A DNA stretch of 64,000 bases from a virus: IMG/VR virus record IMGVR_UViG_3300027974_000020, positions 105,198 to 169,197 of that record, one strand, 5' to 3'. A program made the position numbers and the translations under genes. The notes below the pieces were generated by a model. It made no database searches. It was not told the DNA's origin and saw only the letters and a program-made list of their open reading frames with translations. Numbering within the stretch: position 1 is the stretch's first letter; every line of letters starts with the position of its first letter. Positions 1 through 8,843 of the stretch are shown piece by piece.

Positions 1-90
1 CAGATTTAATGATACGAACTCATAGAAATGATGATCAATACAATTTAATACACACCTTAGCAAAAAAGAACCATGGAGTAATTTAATAAA

Positions 91-747
91 ATGAAAAAAA
101 TATACTTAATTGGAGACTGTCATTTATCTAGAGTTTCTGAACATTATGAAGAAGATAACAACCAAGTTGACATGACTTTTTGGGGCAAGGCAGCAAAGAA
201 AATTTGGGATCTAGATTTTCAAGAAATGTATAAAGAGGATGAATTGTCTTCTGGCAAAGAGTCACAAAAATTTCAAAATGATGGTGTTATTCCATTTTCT
301 GAAATAAAAGATGATGGAATATTATTTTCTTGGTTTGGATATGTAGATGTAAGAACATTCTTATCAGCATATGATAACGCAGAAACTGTGGCAAGAAAGT
401 ATATAGACCAATTAAAACAAAATTTTAATAATTCAAAAATAGTGATAATAGAACCACTCCCGCAGTTTACGGAGATGCTATTAAAGTATGAAGGGATCAG
501 CCCATCTTATACCTATGAGCAAAGATTGGAGCAGAATAGAAAGTTCTTAGACTCCATGCATGTGCATGCGCGTGAGGCTGGAATAACAGACTTTATTCTT
601 CAATCGGAGATACTGGATTCATTAGGTGTATCTAAGTTAATTCCTGAAATGACACATGATAAAGCTCCTCATCCAGTAGATGGCCTTCAAGACAAATATA
701 ATAAAAAAATATTAGATCTATTTATAAAAAAGGCATTAGAATTATAA
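91..747 (+). CDS. hypothetical protein, weak SGNH/GDSL-like pattern
   Basis: 218-aa ORF. N-terminal LIGDCH resembles GDS(H) block I, and C-terminal HPVDG resembles the DxxH-type block. Confidence 0.5.
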   Translation: MKKIYLIGDCHLSRVSEHYEEDNNQVDMTFWGKAAKKIWDLDFQEMYKEDELSSGKESQKFQNDGVIPFSEIKDDGILFSWFGYVDVRTFLSAYDNAETVARKYIDQLKQNFNNSKIVIIEPLPQFTEMLLKYEGISPSYTYEQRLEQNRKFLDSMHVHAREAGITDFILQSEILDSLGVSKLIPEMTHDKAPHPVDGLQDKYNKKILDLFIKKALEL

Positions 748-1290
748 ATGATTAAGTTAACTAAAGATATTTTATTATTTACAGATTTATTTGAAGATTT
801 AGATAAAATATTTTTAAATTTAACAGAACTAGACTGGAAAATGTGGGGTCGAAATAACAATGATCCAAACTACAGAATTGGCGAAACAGGCACAATAGAC
901 GATAACGAGTATTTATCTACTCAGATAAAATCTGCTACTCAAAAATGCCTAGATGATTATATGCTAAATTTGGGTATAGATAAAAATTTATATTATCATT
1001 ACCAACATGGTCTATATGTAAGAAAATGGGATTTTCCAATGGCCGGCATGAGTGCTCATAGAGATTACACTTATGATGATCAAGGTGGAATCAAAAAAGT
1101 TGCATATACAATATGCGGTTACCTTAATGATGATTATGAAGGTGGATTAATAGAATTTCCGGAACACGATCTTTCGATTAAACCGCCGGCTGGATCCGCA
1201 ATTGTTTTTAACTCAAATGAATTACATCTGGTAACAGACTTAAAAGATAAACACAGATACATGTGGTCTTGCTTTGTTTATAACAAATAA
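748..1290 (+). CDS. 2OG-Fe(II) oxygenase (prolyl-4-hydroxylase-like)
   Basis: HRD, YLNDDYEGG, LHLV and R-Y motifs give the HxD...H triad plus the 2OG-binding Arg. Confidence 0.85.
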   Translation: MIKLTKDILLFTDLFEDLDKIFLNLTELDWKMWGRNNNDPNYRIGETGTIDDNEYLSTQIKSATQKCLDDYMLNLGIDKNLYYHYQHGLYVRKWDFPMAGMSAHRDYTYDDQGGIKKVAYTICGYLNDDYEGGLIEFPEHDLSIKPPAGSAIVFNSNELHLVTDLKDKHRYMWSCFVYNK

Positions 1291-1386
1291 TCGACTCATG
1301 CTAATCCTTTGATCCCCCGCCCCAAATCCGCGGCGAATTATTTTTTTTATTTTTAATAATTTGTAGTATTATGATACTATAAGGGG

Positions 1387-1776
1387 ATGGAAGAAAAATA
1401 CTTATGGATACTTTTAGGGCTTATATTTGGAGTTACTATTAGACTTATGAATGAACACATCTTTAGAAAGATTCTATCCTTTTTTATGACCTCTAGAGAT
1501 CCGCACTATGACGAGTCTGGCCTCTGTTCATTTGCAGTTGGTGAATCTGAAGAGTTAACCAAGTTTATCACCATTCATGGAGACGCAAAAGGTAATCTTA
1601 TATTCTCTGCTTTTGAACCAGAAGAATGGGAGATGATGGTTGGTATGTGTGAAATTACCGGTAAAGACATTTCTCAGTTTATTGAAGAAATCCAAGAGGA
1701 TAATAAATCAAGAATGCTAGTAGTAGATCCAACTAAATTTACAGATGATGATGAGGATCCATTCGGAATGTTCTAG
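1387..1776 (+). CDS. hypothetical membrane-anchored protein
   Basis: N-terminal hydrophobic segment; AAGGGG SD; TGnTACTAT extended -10 upstream. Confidence 0.65.
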   Translation: MEEKYLWILLGLIFGVTIRLMNEHIFRKILSFFMTSRDPHYDESGLCSFAVGESEELTKFITIHGDAKGNLIFSAFEPEEWEMMVGMCEITGKDISQFIEEIQEDNKSRMLVVDPTKFTDDDEDPFGMF

Positions 1777-1799
1777 TAAGATATAAAAAGATATATAAA

Positions 1800-1835
1800 A
1801 AAAGACCCCTATCCATTCGGAGAAGGGTCTTTTTT
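1800..1835. terminator. bidirectional intrinsic terminator between convergent genes
   Basis: AAAAGACCC...TTCG...GGGTCTTTTTT hairpin with an A-tract and a T-tract, between 1387..1776(+) and 1851..2069(-). Confidence 0.75.
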
Positions 1836-1850
1836 AATTTATATAGGTTT

Positions 1851-2069
1851 TTAGAAGTCTGAGCTATATTCGTAGTTATCCATATCATAATTATCGTAAT
1901 TTACTCCAACTTGGGCTGAAGCGCCATAATAAGTCTTTACACTAAGAGCATCCTCAAATTCATCTTCAACCCACTGTAGACAGTCTGGACAACGTAGATT
2001 ATCATCATACATTCCCTCTGATACCACTATCTCTGATGAACAGTATGGGCAATCTATAAAGCTTGACAT
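1851..2069 (-). CDS. small acidic zinc-ribbon protein
   Basis: CPYC...CPDC pair; GGGAAG SD-like sequence upstream on the minus strand. Confidence 0.65.
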   Translation of the reverse strand: MSSFIDCPYCSSEIVVSEGMYDDNLRCPDCLQWVEDEFEDALSVKTYYGASAQVGVNYDNYDMDNYEYSSDF

Positions 2070-2473
2070 ATTCTTATCTTCCCTTCGCCTTATTAGGCAT
2101 TGTTGTTATGGATGTTTATTCTTCTTATTATATAACAGCTCAATCATAATACACATTTGTATAGATCAAAACAACTCCTGATCAAACTTTTTTTCTGCGG
2201 GCCAATTCTTATTCTCAACCTGTATAAACATATATAAAATTCCTATAAGCCTAAAAAATAGGTAAAAAATATAAGGGGGTAATAGTGAGTATATGTTGTG
2301 CTTCATAAGTTTTAACGAGGCCACCCCTGTATACCCCATCGCTCCTCTGTTTACAAGAGCTAACCGTTGACAATGAGGTTATAAAACACAATGTAAGTCT
2401 GACACTACATAGGCGAAGGTGATATGGATGCACCTACCAATACATCCCACTACATGTTCCTTAAGGAGGAGAC

Positions 2474-2767
2474 ATGTTTACATCAATCATTGAGTGGTTA
2501 GTATTCCTTACAGTAGTAGGCAGTATCGCAGCATCTGTAGGCCTGATGGTCTATGGTGTGTATGTGGTCGTGTCAGATATAAGTACTGTTAATGCAGTGC
2601 TGGTCTTGACAGGGCTATTTGGTACAGTGTTCTCACTGCTTGCGCCATTTATATTCAATGGTGTTATCCCAGCTAATAACTGGGGATTAATGGTTGGTTT
2701 TAGCTGCTGGTTGGTAGCTCTTCCTGCCTTTATAATACTGGGTGCTTGGGCTATAGAGCGCAAGTAA
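2474..2767 (+). CDS. hypothetical membrane protein (3 TM)
   Basis: TAAGGAGG SD; three hydrophobic stretches; followed by a terminator. Confidence 0.75.
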   Translation: MFTSIIEWLVFLTVVGSIAASVGLMVYGVYVVVSDISTVNAVLVLTGLFGTVFSLLAPFIFNGVIPANNWGLMVGFSCWLVALPAFIILGAWAIERK

Positions 2768-2781
2768 TCAGTTAATCAACT

Positions 2782-2852
2782 AAGAAGGCTCTTCCATGGT
2801 AGTGCATGGGAGAGCTTTCTTTTTTATGGCTAGGTATAAGACATCTAGCTAT
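2782..2852 (+). promoter_or_regulatory. terminator + CTAG element, copy 1
   Basis: GCTCTTCCATG/CATGGGAGAGC hairpin, T-tract, then ATGGCTAGGT-ATAAGAC-ATCTAGCTAT. Confidence 0.75.
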
Positions 2853-2905
2853 GTCTCATCAGATCGACATTAACTGTCTGTGACCCCAGCGTAGGTAGTG
2901 GCTGG
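2853..2905 (+). ncRNA. candidate pseudoknot leader RNA, copy A
   Basis: GTC..GAC stem; loop CAGAT pairs with downstream GTCTG; then TGACC and a hairpin. Homologous to copies at 7953, 8746 and 9460. Confidence 0.6.
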
Positions 2906-2967
2906 ACAACACACTGCTATGGAGACACGCGTGCCATATATAACAGCGTGTAATAAGGAGGTAGCTT

Positions 2968-3252
2968 ATCGCTGCTATAACACAAGGTAAGACAGTTACA
3001 TTCAAGCAAGTTGATGATATCATCAATTCTGCCGCTAAGGAATACCGGGTTTACCACTACAATGGTGGACAGGTCTTCATCCGTTTAAGCGCGTTGGATA
3101 ATATGATGATGGTTATCGACCATTCAACAGTAGACATTACAGTTGAGTTGTTTGACGGAACTGCATACTTGGCTGCATATGCCAATAACAACACTGAATA
3201 CAGCAACCGTTTTATTGCTGCGCCATCACAATTGGCTGTGTTGTTTGCTTAA
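2968..3252 (+). CDS. 94-aa hypothetical protein with putative ATC start (absent from ORF track)
   Basis: TAAGGAGG SD, 6 nt, then ATC. The frame (IAAITQGKTV...LAVLFA) is open to TAA at 3250-3252, just before the next terminator. Confidence 0.7.
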   Translation: MAAITQGKTVTFKQVDDIINSAAKEYRVYHYNGGQVFIRLSALDNMMMVIDHSTVDITVELFDGTAYLAAYANNNTEYSNRFIAAPSQLAVLFA

Positions 3253-3260
3253 GTAAGTAA

Positions 3261-3331
3261 TAAAGAAAGATACCCTGGGGTCTTCGGACCCTGGGGTTCT
3301 TTTTTTATGACTAGGACAAAGGTCTTATGTC
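3261..3331 (+). promoter_or_regulatory. terminator + CTAG element, copy 2
   Basis: cTTCGg-loop hairpin, T-tract, then GACTAGGAC-AAAG-GTCTTATGTC. Confidence 0.8.
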
Positions 3332-3356
3332 AATACTCTCTAGGAGGGGAGTAGAT

Positions 3357-3626
3357 ATGAATATGAAAGACAAACTAATAATGGCAATAATTGCAGTATT
3401 ATCAGTGCTTGCAATTGTTAGCTTTGTAGATGCAAGTAACAACCCAGTATCCTGCCAAGTTGACAGTTTGGTAGCGACATATGGAGATACCTATTGGACA
3501 TTGAGCAGTGATGCTGGTTGTGTTGGTGGGTATGATAAGCAAAGTAGGGTTGGGCAGATAATTGATCTTAATGGAGGTTCTGCGGATCTCCGTCATGGTC
3601 AATTGGTAATATTCCCAACTAAGTAA
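3357..3626 (+). CDS. membrane-anchored LysM-domain protein (YneA/ChiZ-like architecture)
   Basis: N-terminal TM or signal peptide, then a GDTYWTLS...IIDLN...LRHGQLVIFP LysM pattern; AGGAGGGG SD. Confidence 0.75.
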   Translation: MNMKDKLIMAIIAVLSVLAIVSFVDASNNPVSCQVDSLVATYGDTYWTLSSDAGCVGGYDKQSRVGQIIDLNGGSADLRHGQLVIFPTK

Positions 3627-3644
3627 ATTAAGTAAGTAAACCCA

Positions 3645-3718
3645 AAAAGAATTCCCCGAGCTGGTACCCTCTGCCAGCTTGGGGTTTTCTTTTTATGACT
3701 AGAGCTCAGGCTTTAGTC
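3645..3718 (+). promoter_or_regulatory. terminator + CTAG element, copy 3
   Basis: CCCCGAGCTGG/CCAGCTTGGGG hairpin, T-tract, then GACTAGAGC-TCAG-GCTTTAGTC. Confidence 0.8.
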
Positions 3719-3830
3719 GGGCTATAAGCGTTACGCCCTGAAAGTAATGCACCGGTCGTTGGCTACCGTAAAGCTAACACCTGTTGCGCAATTTGGGACT
3801 TTCTCTCCCAAAAAAACAGGAGGAATACTA

Positions 3831-4154
3831 ATGATTACAATGATCATTATCGCAACACTCATGGTTGTGGCTGCAGTTGCAGTTACAGTCTGCGTGATGC
3901 AGCAAAAGGCAATCGTTCTGATCAATCAGATCAAGAACCTCATCGTTCAATTGAGCGAAGAGAAAGCAAAAGCAGCCAAGGTTCTTTCCGAAAAGGAACA
4001 AGAACTGAGGGAAGCCAAGGATACAGCACGCCGTCATTTAAATGATTGGAATGCTCTCTACTTGGAGAAAAGGGCAGCTGAAGCCAAAAAGGCAGAAGCA
4101 GCAAAGAAGACAGAAGCGAAAGCTACTGTAAAGAAGACCAAAACAACCAAATAA
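3831..4154 (+). CDS. membrane-anchored coiled-coil protein with Lys/Ala-rich tail
   Basis: AGGAGG SD before ATG 3831; N-terminal TM followed by a charged helical region. Confidence 0.75.
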   Translation: MITMIIIATLMVVAAVAVTVCVMQQKAIVLINQIKNLIVQLSEEKAKAAKVLSEKEQELREAKDTARRHLNDWNALYLEKRAAEAKKAEAAKKTEAKATVKKTKTTK

Positions 4155-4188
4155 GACAAATTAGGGAAAGTCCTAATTGCGCAACAAC

Positions 4189-4250
4189 AAAAGATGCCCT
4201 GGGGGTTAACACCCCTGGGGTTTTCTTTTTATACCTAGAACATAGGTCCT
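4189..4250 (+). promoter_or_regulatory. terminator + CTAG element, copy 4
   Basis: Hairpin, T-tract, then ATACCTAG-AACATA-GG. Confidence 0.7.
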
Positions 4251-4279
4251 TATAATAAGTGAAGGGAGGTGAAATAGAA

Positions 4280-4453
4280 ATGGAAAACGCTAGGAATGGC
4301 ATATTCCCACATAAGTGTGGATGGCCATCCTGTGAGTTTGTAGTGGAATTGGACGATGAGCCCAATTGCTTTACTCATTCACCAGACAGCGGCAGTTCCG
4401 AGGTCGGCTACTCTGCAAGGAGAGATGCTGAACGCGGAATCGTACGGTTCTGA
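4280..4453 (+). CDS. small Cys/His (putative zinc-binding) protein
   Basis: GGAGGT SD before ATG 4280; C-x4-C...C-x2-H. Confidence 0.65.
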   Translation: MENARNGIFPHKCGWPSCEFVVELDDEPNCFTHSPDSGSSEVGYSARRDAERGIVRF

Positions 4454-4520
4454 TGGGATGGCAGCCAACTGACTAAGAGTCGGGGCAGATGAATAGTGCC
4501 TGGCAACAGAAACTATCATG

Positions 4521-4588
4521 AAAGAATAATCTCAGGGGTTAGCATCCCTGAGATTTTCTTTTTATGACTAGGGAAAAGGTCTCTAGTC
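4521..4588 (+). promoter_or_regulatory. terminator + CTAG element, copy 5
   Basis: AATCTCAGGG/CCCTGAGATT hairpin, T-tract, then GACTAGGGA-AAAGG-TCTCTAGTC. Confidence 0.8.
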
Positions 4589-4682
4589 TGGTTAGCAGAC
4601 CATAATCTGTTTAGCCGTAGCTGTACATACGGTGCCAGCGTGATGGGCGCATCCCATCTTTATGATTTCTTAAGGAGGAATC

Positions 4683-4973
4683 ATGTTCGGCATCATATTG
4701 CTACAAAACTGGTTGACTTTTGCGATATTCGCAATTTTGATATCAGTCTCGGTAATGATCATTATCGAGGAAACAAAAGGTAAAGGTATCATTAACACTA
4801 TCCTATACACTTTAGGATTTGTGTCACTGTTGTCTTTATGGCCTGTATTTAATATCTATACAGCCATACCTATCACAAACGATAATAATTTATTATTTAT
4901 AATAGCTTTATTTACAACATATTTTGCTCTGGTATTTGCTGGAACAGAGTTGATGGATAAAGCTACAAAATAA
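4683..4973 (+). CDS. hypothetical membrane protein (3 TM)
   Basis: TAAGGAGG SD; hydrophobic segments. Confidence 0.75.
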   Translation: MFGIILLQNWLTFAIFAILISVSVMIIIEETKGKGIINTILYTLGFVSLLSLWPVFNIYTAIPITNDNNLLFIIALFTTYFALVFAGTELMDKATK

Positions 4974-5025
4974 TAAAAAACTAGAATACTTTAGTTGTAC
5001 AGAGCTAAAGTTTTCTTACCAAACT

Positions 5026-5090
5026 AAGAAGTCCTTGGGGTTAGCATCCCAGGGATTTCTTTTTTATGCCTAGTGGATAGGTCACTAGGT
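5026..5090 (+). promoter_or_regulatory. terminator + CTAG element, copy 6
   Basis: Hairpin with GTTAGCA loop (as in copy 5), T-tract, then CCTAGTGG-ATAGG-TCACTAGG. Confidence 0.8.
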
Positions 5091-5139
5091 AGGCAATCTT
5101 ATTATGCCTACAAATAATAAGAGGAAGGGGAGCCTCATC

Positions 5140-5325
5140 GTGTCTGACACCTTGAAGCGCTTTCCTACCCTGACCTTACAATGCGCAGACACAATCTGCT
5201 TCATTTGTAAGACAGAAACCAAAGTCAATGGGGATACCAACCCCTATGACCTTGGTTTTGCCAGGGTAGGTGGCAACTCCGCCAACGGGTACGAGATCTA
5301 TCACATCTCGTGCTGCAACGGCTGA
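5140..5325 (+). CDS. small putative zinc-binding protein
   Basis: AAGGGGAG SD before GTG 5140; CFIC...HISC. Confidence 0.6.
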   Translation: MSDTLKRFPTLTLQCADTICFICKTETKVNGDTNPYDLGFARVGGNSANGYEIYHISCCNG

Positions 5326-5385
5326 GTTAGCCTAATACTGGCCACCTGTGCCTGTCTCATAACTGGGGGACATTAAACTACTCAG

Positions 5386-5455
5386 TGAGAGGGTAGCCCA
5401 AAGCATTAGCTAGGGCTACCCTCTTTTTATATGACTAGGAGAAAGGCTTCTGGTT
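5386..5455 (+). promoter_or_regulatory. terminator + CTAG element, copy 7
   Basis: GAGAGGGTAGCCC/GGGCTACCCTCT hairpin, T-tract, then GACTAGGAG-AAAGG-CTTCTGGTT. Confidence 0.8.
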
Positions 5456-5483
5456 AAACCAAACATACAACAAAGGAGAAACC

Positions 5484-5753
5484 ATGCGTACATCACCACG
5501 CTGTGTTGGTATAGTAAAACCAACAAGTAGGCGAGTGTTAAAGAAGGGGTTGGAGAGGTATCCTCAGATAAAGGGGGATGTAACTCAACAACGGTGCTTA
5601 AAAAGTATCAACTGCCCACACCACAGGGTTGCTAATGCTAGAATTATGGAGCTTCCATTAGAAGAACCATATGTAGAGCTAACAAGAGAGCAAATAAGGC
5701 AATTGATTAACATCGGTTACATGGCTGAAACAGGCCGTCCATACTACTTATAG
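5484..5753 (+). CDS. hypothetical basic protein
   Basis: AAGGAG SD; 89-aa ORF. Confidence 0.65.
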   Translation: MRTSPRCVGIVKPTSRRVLKKGLERYPQIKGDVTQQRCLKSINCPHHRVANARIMELPLEEPYVELTREQIRQLINIGYMAETGRPYYL

Positions 5754-5777
5754 ACCATAGGTCAAAGGAGAATAACA

Positions 5778-6905
5778 ATGAAATCATTAAAGCGTTTATT
5801 AATAATCTCTACTGTTGCAATTTCTTTTATTGGGGTCAATGAAAGTTCTGCTTCAGCTAGAAATAACAAATGTGTAAAAGTTGGCACATTTAAAACGGCA
5901 GTAAAAGTTAAGTACGAATGCAAGAGATTGACCACAGGTCTCAGATGGGTAAAGGTACAAACAAAAGTTGTACCAACAACACCTGCTGAAGTTATAATAC
6001 CAATACCAACTGATTGGTCAAATATTGAAAAGTATGCACAAAACATACCATACGCAGCATGGAAGGCAAGTGTTGGCGCGATCACCACTGGTATGCCTCA
6101 GATGCCAACAGTGAATATCATTAATGGACCAAATGCCCTTATAGCTTATTCAACTCCGGAAGTTAAGATTAATTTAACATCACGTTTATTTTCATCTGCA
6201 AAGCAACTTTCGCAGGTAAATATTATGCGTTTTGGGTATGATGATATTGGATGGGCTAATTCAAAGTGGTTAGAGCAATTTAATGGCCAAGATAATTCTG
6301 TTCCAAGAGAAATATTCGATACGTGTAAAACTACCACGACATGTTGGGGTGGCATTTCGCGCAATACCAAAAGTGGAATAGCTTGGTTTGCTTTGGCAAC
6401 AATGAAAGATAATCTATCTGAACCTAAACTTGTAAACGGGACTAACTACGCGCACTCATATGCTCATGCAATCCAATACGCAGCACTGTCTGAAATACCA
6501 GCACAAAGACTGCCAAGATGGTTGCTTGAAGGAGTTGCTACTTATTCACAAGCTGCTGTTGAAGGCATGGTAAGTTTTGATTTATACAAGTCTGAACGCA
6601 CAAGAGAAACAGGAGGATTAAATAACTCTCTTGAATGGCTTGAATCATTTCTTGCCCCAACAGGCAATGATTGGTCTCATTGGAACAAATATACTGGTAA
6701 TGATTCTTGGAGAGTTTATGATGTTGGTTTTATGGCAACCGAAGCGTTAGTAGCCCTCAGAGGACCAAACACTGTAATGAGTTTGTATACAAAAGTAGGA
6801 AGTGGTCAAACTTTTGATCAAGCGTTTAATGAGCTATATGGAATCTCTTGGGCTGAAGCTCACAAGATAATTGCTCGTGTAATTTCCTTACAAATTAACA
6901 AATAA
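5778..6905 (+). CDS. secreted gluzincin-like protein, catalytic Glu apparently lost
   Basis: Signal peptide; HSYAH in place of HExxH, followed by PRWLLEGVA and a YDVG motif. Confidence 0.6.
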   Translation: MKSLKRLLIISTVAISFIGVNESSASARNNKCVKVGTFKTAVKVKYECKRLTTGLRWVKVQTKVVPTTPAEVIIPIPTDWSNIEKYAQNIPYAAWKASVGAITTGMPQMPTVNIINGPNALIAYSTPEVKINLTSRLFSSAKQLSQVNIMRFGYDDIGWANSKWLEQFNGQDNSVPREIFDTCKTTTTCWGGISRNTKSGIAWFALATMKDNLSEPKLVNGTNYAHSYAHAIQYAALSEIPAQRLPRWLLEGVATYSQAAVEGMVSFDLYKSERTRETGGLNNSLEWLESFLAPTGNDWSHWNKYTGNDSWRVYDVGFMATEALVALRGPNTVMSLYTKVGSGQTFDQAFNELYGISWAEAHKIIARVISLQINK

Positions 6906-6912
6906 TCTTATT

Positions 6913-6973
6913 AAAGAATAGAGGGTCCTTCGGGGCCCTTTTTTCTTTATGACTAGTGGATAGGCCACTAGTC
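6913..6973 (+). promoter_or_regulatory. terminator + CTAG element, copy 8
   Basis: GGGTCC-TTCG-GGGCCC hairpin, T-tract, then a perfect 9-bp stem GACTAGTGG-ATAGG-CCACTAGTC. Confidence 0.85.
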
Positions 6974-6993
6974 TTTAGTTAAGGAGAAGAGTA

Positions 6994-7320
6994 ATGAAAG
7001 AAATGGAATGGTGTGGATGCATGGATGTGCGTTCATGGAAAGATGGCTTTGCTGATATTTTTAGCAGAGAGTTAGTAGAAGGTAAAAGAAAAGGTGAGTT
7101 GTATGAATTGTTTGAAGTTAAAAGCTTTGAAGAATTTAAGGATGAGTTAAGTGATATTGCATGGGGTGTAGGACGTATTGTTGGTGGTTTGGTTGGTAAG
7201 CCATATGTACGGATTATTGGTGATGCAATACATTACAATAAGGTTGTTTCTCGTATGAATGAATATGGTTGTATGAGGAGCAAGCGATTTCTTATTAAGG
7301 GTGAATGTCCTAATAAGTGA
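6994..7320 (+). CDS. hypothetical protein
   Basis: TAAGGAG SD. EELSD-like DELSDI motif is reminiscent of MazG-like helical proteins (weak). Confidence 0.65.
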   Translation: MKEMEWCGCMDVRSWKDGFADIFSRELVEGKRKGELYELFEVKSFEEFKDELSDIAWGVGRIVGGLVGKPYVRIIGDAIHYNKVVSRMNEYGCMRSKRFLIKGECPNK

Positions 7321-7350
7321 TTTAAGTTAATTAGTAAATAATTGACGGGG

Positions 7351-7413
7351 TATGCCCCTAGGGTCGTTTGATCCTAGGGGTATATTTTTTATGCCTAGTG
7401 GAATGGCCGCAGG
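7351..7413 (+). promoter_or_regulatory. terminator + CTAG element, copy 9
   Basis: CCCCTAGGGTC/GATCCTAGGGG hairpin, T-tract, then GCCTAG-TGGAAT-GG. Confidence 0.75.
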
Positions 7414-7436
7414 TTATAGATTATAGGAGAAGAGAA

Positions 7437-7868
7437 ATGAAAGAGAAAGCAATTATAGTTGATATTGATGGTACTTTGTTTGAAGAGGTGCCAGGTTGGA
7501 CAATGGAGACTGATGCATGGTGGGTGGAAGAAACACTTAAGATGCGTGAGTTGAAAGTTGGAATTGGATTAATTAAAGTATTTAAGGAAATGGGATTTAA
7601 GTTGGTTTTCTTGACAGCAAGAGGACAAAGCTGCAAGAAGAATACTTTGATTAAGTTTAAGGAAGCTGGTATTGATAACTTGGTAGATTCGATGTGGCAC
7701 AGGCCAGTTAAGTGGAATGGCGTGGCACCAGTTGAATATAAGAAGTTCATGATGCAACGGATTATGAAAAAGTATGATGTTGTGTTTGCTATGGATGATA
7801 GCGACAAGAACTTGGAAATGTTTAAGGGATTGGGTATCAAGGTATTTGATGCAAAGAGGTGGTGGTGA
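7437..7868 (+). CDS. HAD-family phosphatase (PNK 3'-phosphatase-like)
   Basis: DIDGT motif I, LTAR motif II, K, and MDDS motif IV; AGGAG SD. Confidence 0.8.
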   Translation: MKEKAIIVDIDGTLFEEVPGWTMETDAWWVEETLKMRELKVGIGLIKVFKEMGFKLVFLTARGQSCKKNTLIKFKEAGIDNLVDSMWHRPVKWNGVAPVEYKKFMMQRIMKKYDVVFAMDDSDKNLEMFKGLGIKVFDAKRWW

Positions 7869-7890
7869 GGTTATTGATAAACCTCAGACC

Positions 7891-7951
7891 AAAGAAACTA
7901 GGGTCCTTCGAGGCCCTTTTTTCTTTATGACTAGGACACAAGTCTTAAGTC
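7891..7951 (+). promoter_or_regulatory. terminator + CTAG element, copy 10
   Basis: GGGTCCTTCGAGGCCC hairpin, T-tract, then GACTAGGAC-ACAA-GTCTTAAGTC. Confidence 0.8.
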
Positions 7952-7952
7952 T

Positions 7953-8001
7953 GTCTATTGGTAGACATAAACTTCATGACCCCACTATTGGTAGTAGGTG
8001 G
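7953..8001 (+). ncRNA. candidate pseudoknot leader RNA, copy B (shorter)
   Basis: GTCTA-TTGG-TAGAC, ATAAAC, TTCATGACCCC, then a hairpin. Confidence 0.5.
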
Positions 8002-8054
8002 CAAATCATACTACCAGGGCACAGCCTTCACTGTGACTAATAAAGGAGAATAAA

Positions 8055-8735
8055 TTGGAAATGAACGAAGAGCCCAAAGCAATGCCAAAGTGGTTGGGTA
8101 AATTCCCAGCCTACATCAAACAATTGTGGTTGGATTCAAACAAAATTGAACCCACACCACCAGTGGAACCATCACTGCCAGCAGAAGGCGAATTTCGTTT
8201 TCTGTTGATTCCACAAAATGACACAAGCAACTCCGAGGCGGTACCGATGTTGGTGCTCATCCAGAAAGTACTTCAAGATGGGTACTTCCAGGTAATGCTT
8301 ACTCATTGTGAAGATGCAATGCAAACATACTCTGATCTTTACGTCACTAGTGGCGAAACAGGTTTGGGGTATGGTGTTTTCATTAGCACCGCAATACAAA
8401 ATCAAGCTAACGTGAATTGCTTGAGCGAAACTGCAGTTGGTAAGTTGATTCCTTCAATGGTACGAGCTAGGGGTACATACAATTTTGGACCTAATGATGA
8501 GTGGCGCAGAGGACGTCGCTTTTCTTCAGATCGATTTGTTGCACAACTAGATCCACGTTGGAAGTTCGTTAATGAACAACTTACTGCAATGCAATACCTA
8601 CTGGGCGCATATGAAGATGAAGGCGATACTCGTGACTCTGAATTGAGCGCAAAACACCAAGCAGAAGACATGAAATCGTTTTACCAAGTTGACCGTGACA
8701 ATGGTGAACTTCTTCCATCGCAGAAAAACAACTAA
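8055..8735 (+). CDS. hypothetical protein
   Basis: AAGGAG SD; 226-aa ORF with a TTG start, or ATG at 8061. Confidence 0.7.
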   Translation: MEMNEEPKAMPKWLGKFPAYIKQLWLDSNKIEPTPPVEPSLPAEGEFRFLLIPQNDTSNSEAVPMLVLIQKVLQDGYFQVMLTHCEDAMQTYSDLYVTSGETGLGYGVFISTAIQNQANVNCLSETAVGKLIPSMVRARGTYNFGPNDEWRRGRRFSSDRFVAQLDPRWKFVNEQLTAMQYLLGAYEDEGDTRDSELSAKHQAEDMKSFYQVDRDNGELLPSQKNN

Positions 8736-8745
8736 GTAAGTAATA

Positions 8746-8800
8746 GGTCTGATTGGATCGACCTTAACTGTCCATGAACCAACCGTTAACCAAGAGGTTG
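8746..8800 (+). ncRNA. candidate pseudoknot leader RNA, copy C
   Basis: GGTC-TGATTGGATC-GACC, TTAACT, GTCCA (pairs with loop TGGAT), TGAACC, then a CAACC/GGTTG hairpin. Confidence 0.6.
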
Positions 8801-8843
8801 TAATTCACATGGTTATTTAATCACAAACAAAAGGAGAAGGATA

